This document shows, piece by piece, positions 52,211 to 53,073 of a DNA stretch of 53,073 nt (position 1 is the first letter of the stretch; the number at the start of each line of letters is the position of its first letter). The notes beneath the pieces are model-generated. The model did not search any database, was not told the origin of the DNA, and worked only from the letters and a program-made list of their open reading frames with translations. The position numbers and the translations under genes were made by a program. Source of the stretch: Deltaproteobacteria bacterium. GTDB lineage: Bacteria; Omnitrophota; Gorgyraeia; Gygaellales; Profunditerraquicolaceae. Location of the stretch: the NCBI GenBank assembly GCA_050258655.1, contig JBLMZF010000082.1:1-53073 (forward strand), read 5' to 3'.

Positions 52211-52253
52211 CGCGCATCAAATTGCGCGGTGGCGTACTTATGCTCTTTGACAA
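52211..52253 (+). promoter_or_regulatory. spacer boxB-like hairpin and boxA antitermination element ahead of 23S
   Basis: Hairpin cgcgca-tcaaat-tgcgcg (52211-52228), then tgctctttgacaa (52241-52253), which matches E. coli boxA TGCTCTTTAACAA at 12 of 13 positions. Confidence 0.65.
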
Positions 52254-52305
52254 CTTTATAATTAAAGGTAGAGAACTACAATTCACCGAGACGATTCTGT
52301 AATTT

Positions 52306-53073
<768 letters not shown>

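Overview
This is a 53 kb bacterial chromosome segment. Sampled coding lines run about 60% GC, and every feature I can support lies on the + strand. Many genes are joined by ATGA/TAATG stop-start overlaps.

The content is overwhelmingly core housekeeping:
- **Start of window:** a partial tRNA 3' end, then acyP, a metallophosphoesterase, ligA, a lipoprotein, an MBL hydrolase, xerD, a CCA/poly(A)-polymerase family enzyme, and rbfA-nrnA-ribF.
- **dcw cluster in canonical order:** Pmra plus MraZ operator, mraZ, rsmH, ftsL, ftsI, murE, murF, mraY, murD, ftsW, murG, an extra peptidase, murC, murB, ddl, ftsQ, ftsA.
- **Middle block:** yggS, proC, mtnP, ileS, a dksA-like gene, lspA, rluD, a coiled-coil membrane protein, and aroA.
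- **Elongasome:** mreB, mreC, mreD, mrdA, rodA, followed by a TIGR03960-like radical SAM gene.
- **Type IV filament/T2SS-like module at 42.2-49.5 kb:** a stand-alone MshEN domain protein, two tandem GspE/PilB ATPases, a pseudo-receiver HD-GYP protein, PilC/GspF, and a Sec-exported fibre protein with a peptidase S74 domain.
- **rRNA operon:** three tandem promoters, 16S, tRNA-Ile(GAT), tRNA-Ala(TGC), and a partial 23S.

I see no CRISPR array, transposon, prophage or recognisable defence island.

The points most worth a second look are:
- the c-di-GMP-flavoured, motor-only filament module and its compositionally mosaic fibre gene;
- a secreted HExxH peptidase translationally coupled inside the dcw operon;
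- the absence of ftsZ from its conserved position after ftsA.

Lineage cannot be assigned by eye. Gene content suggests a rod-shaped diderm. All homology calls rest on motifs recognised in the translations, not on database searches.
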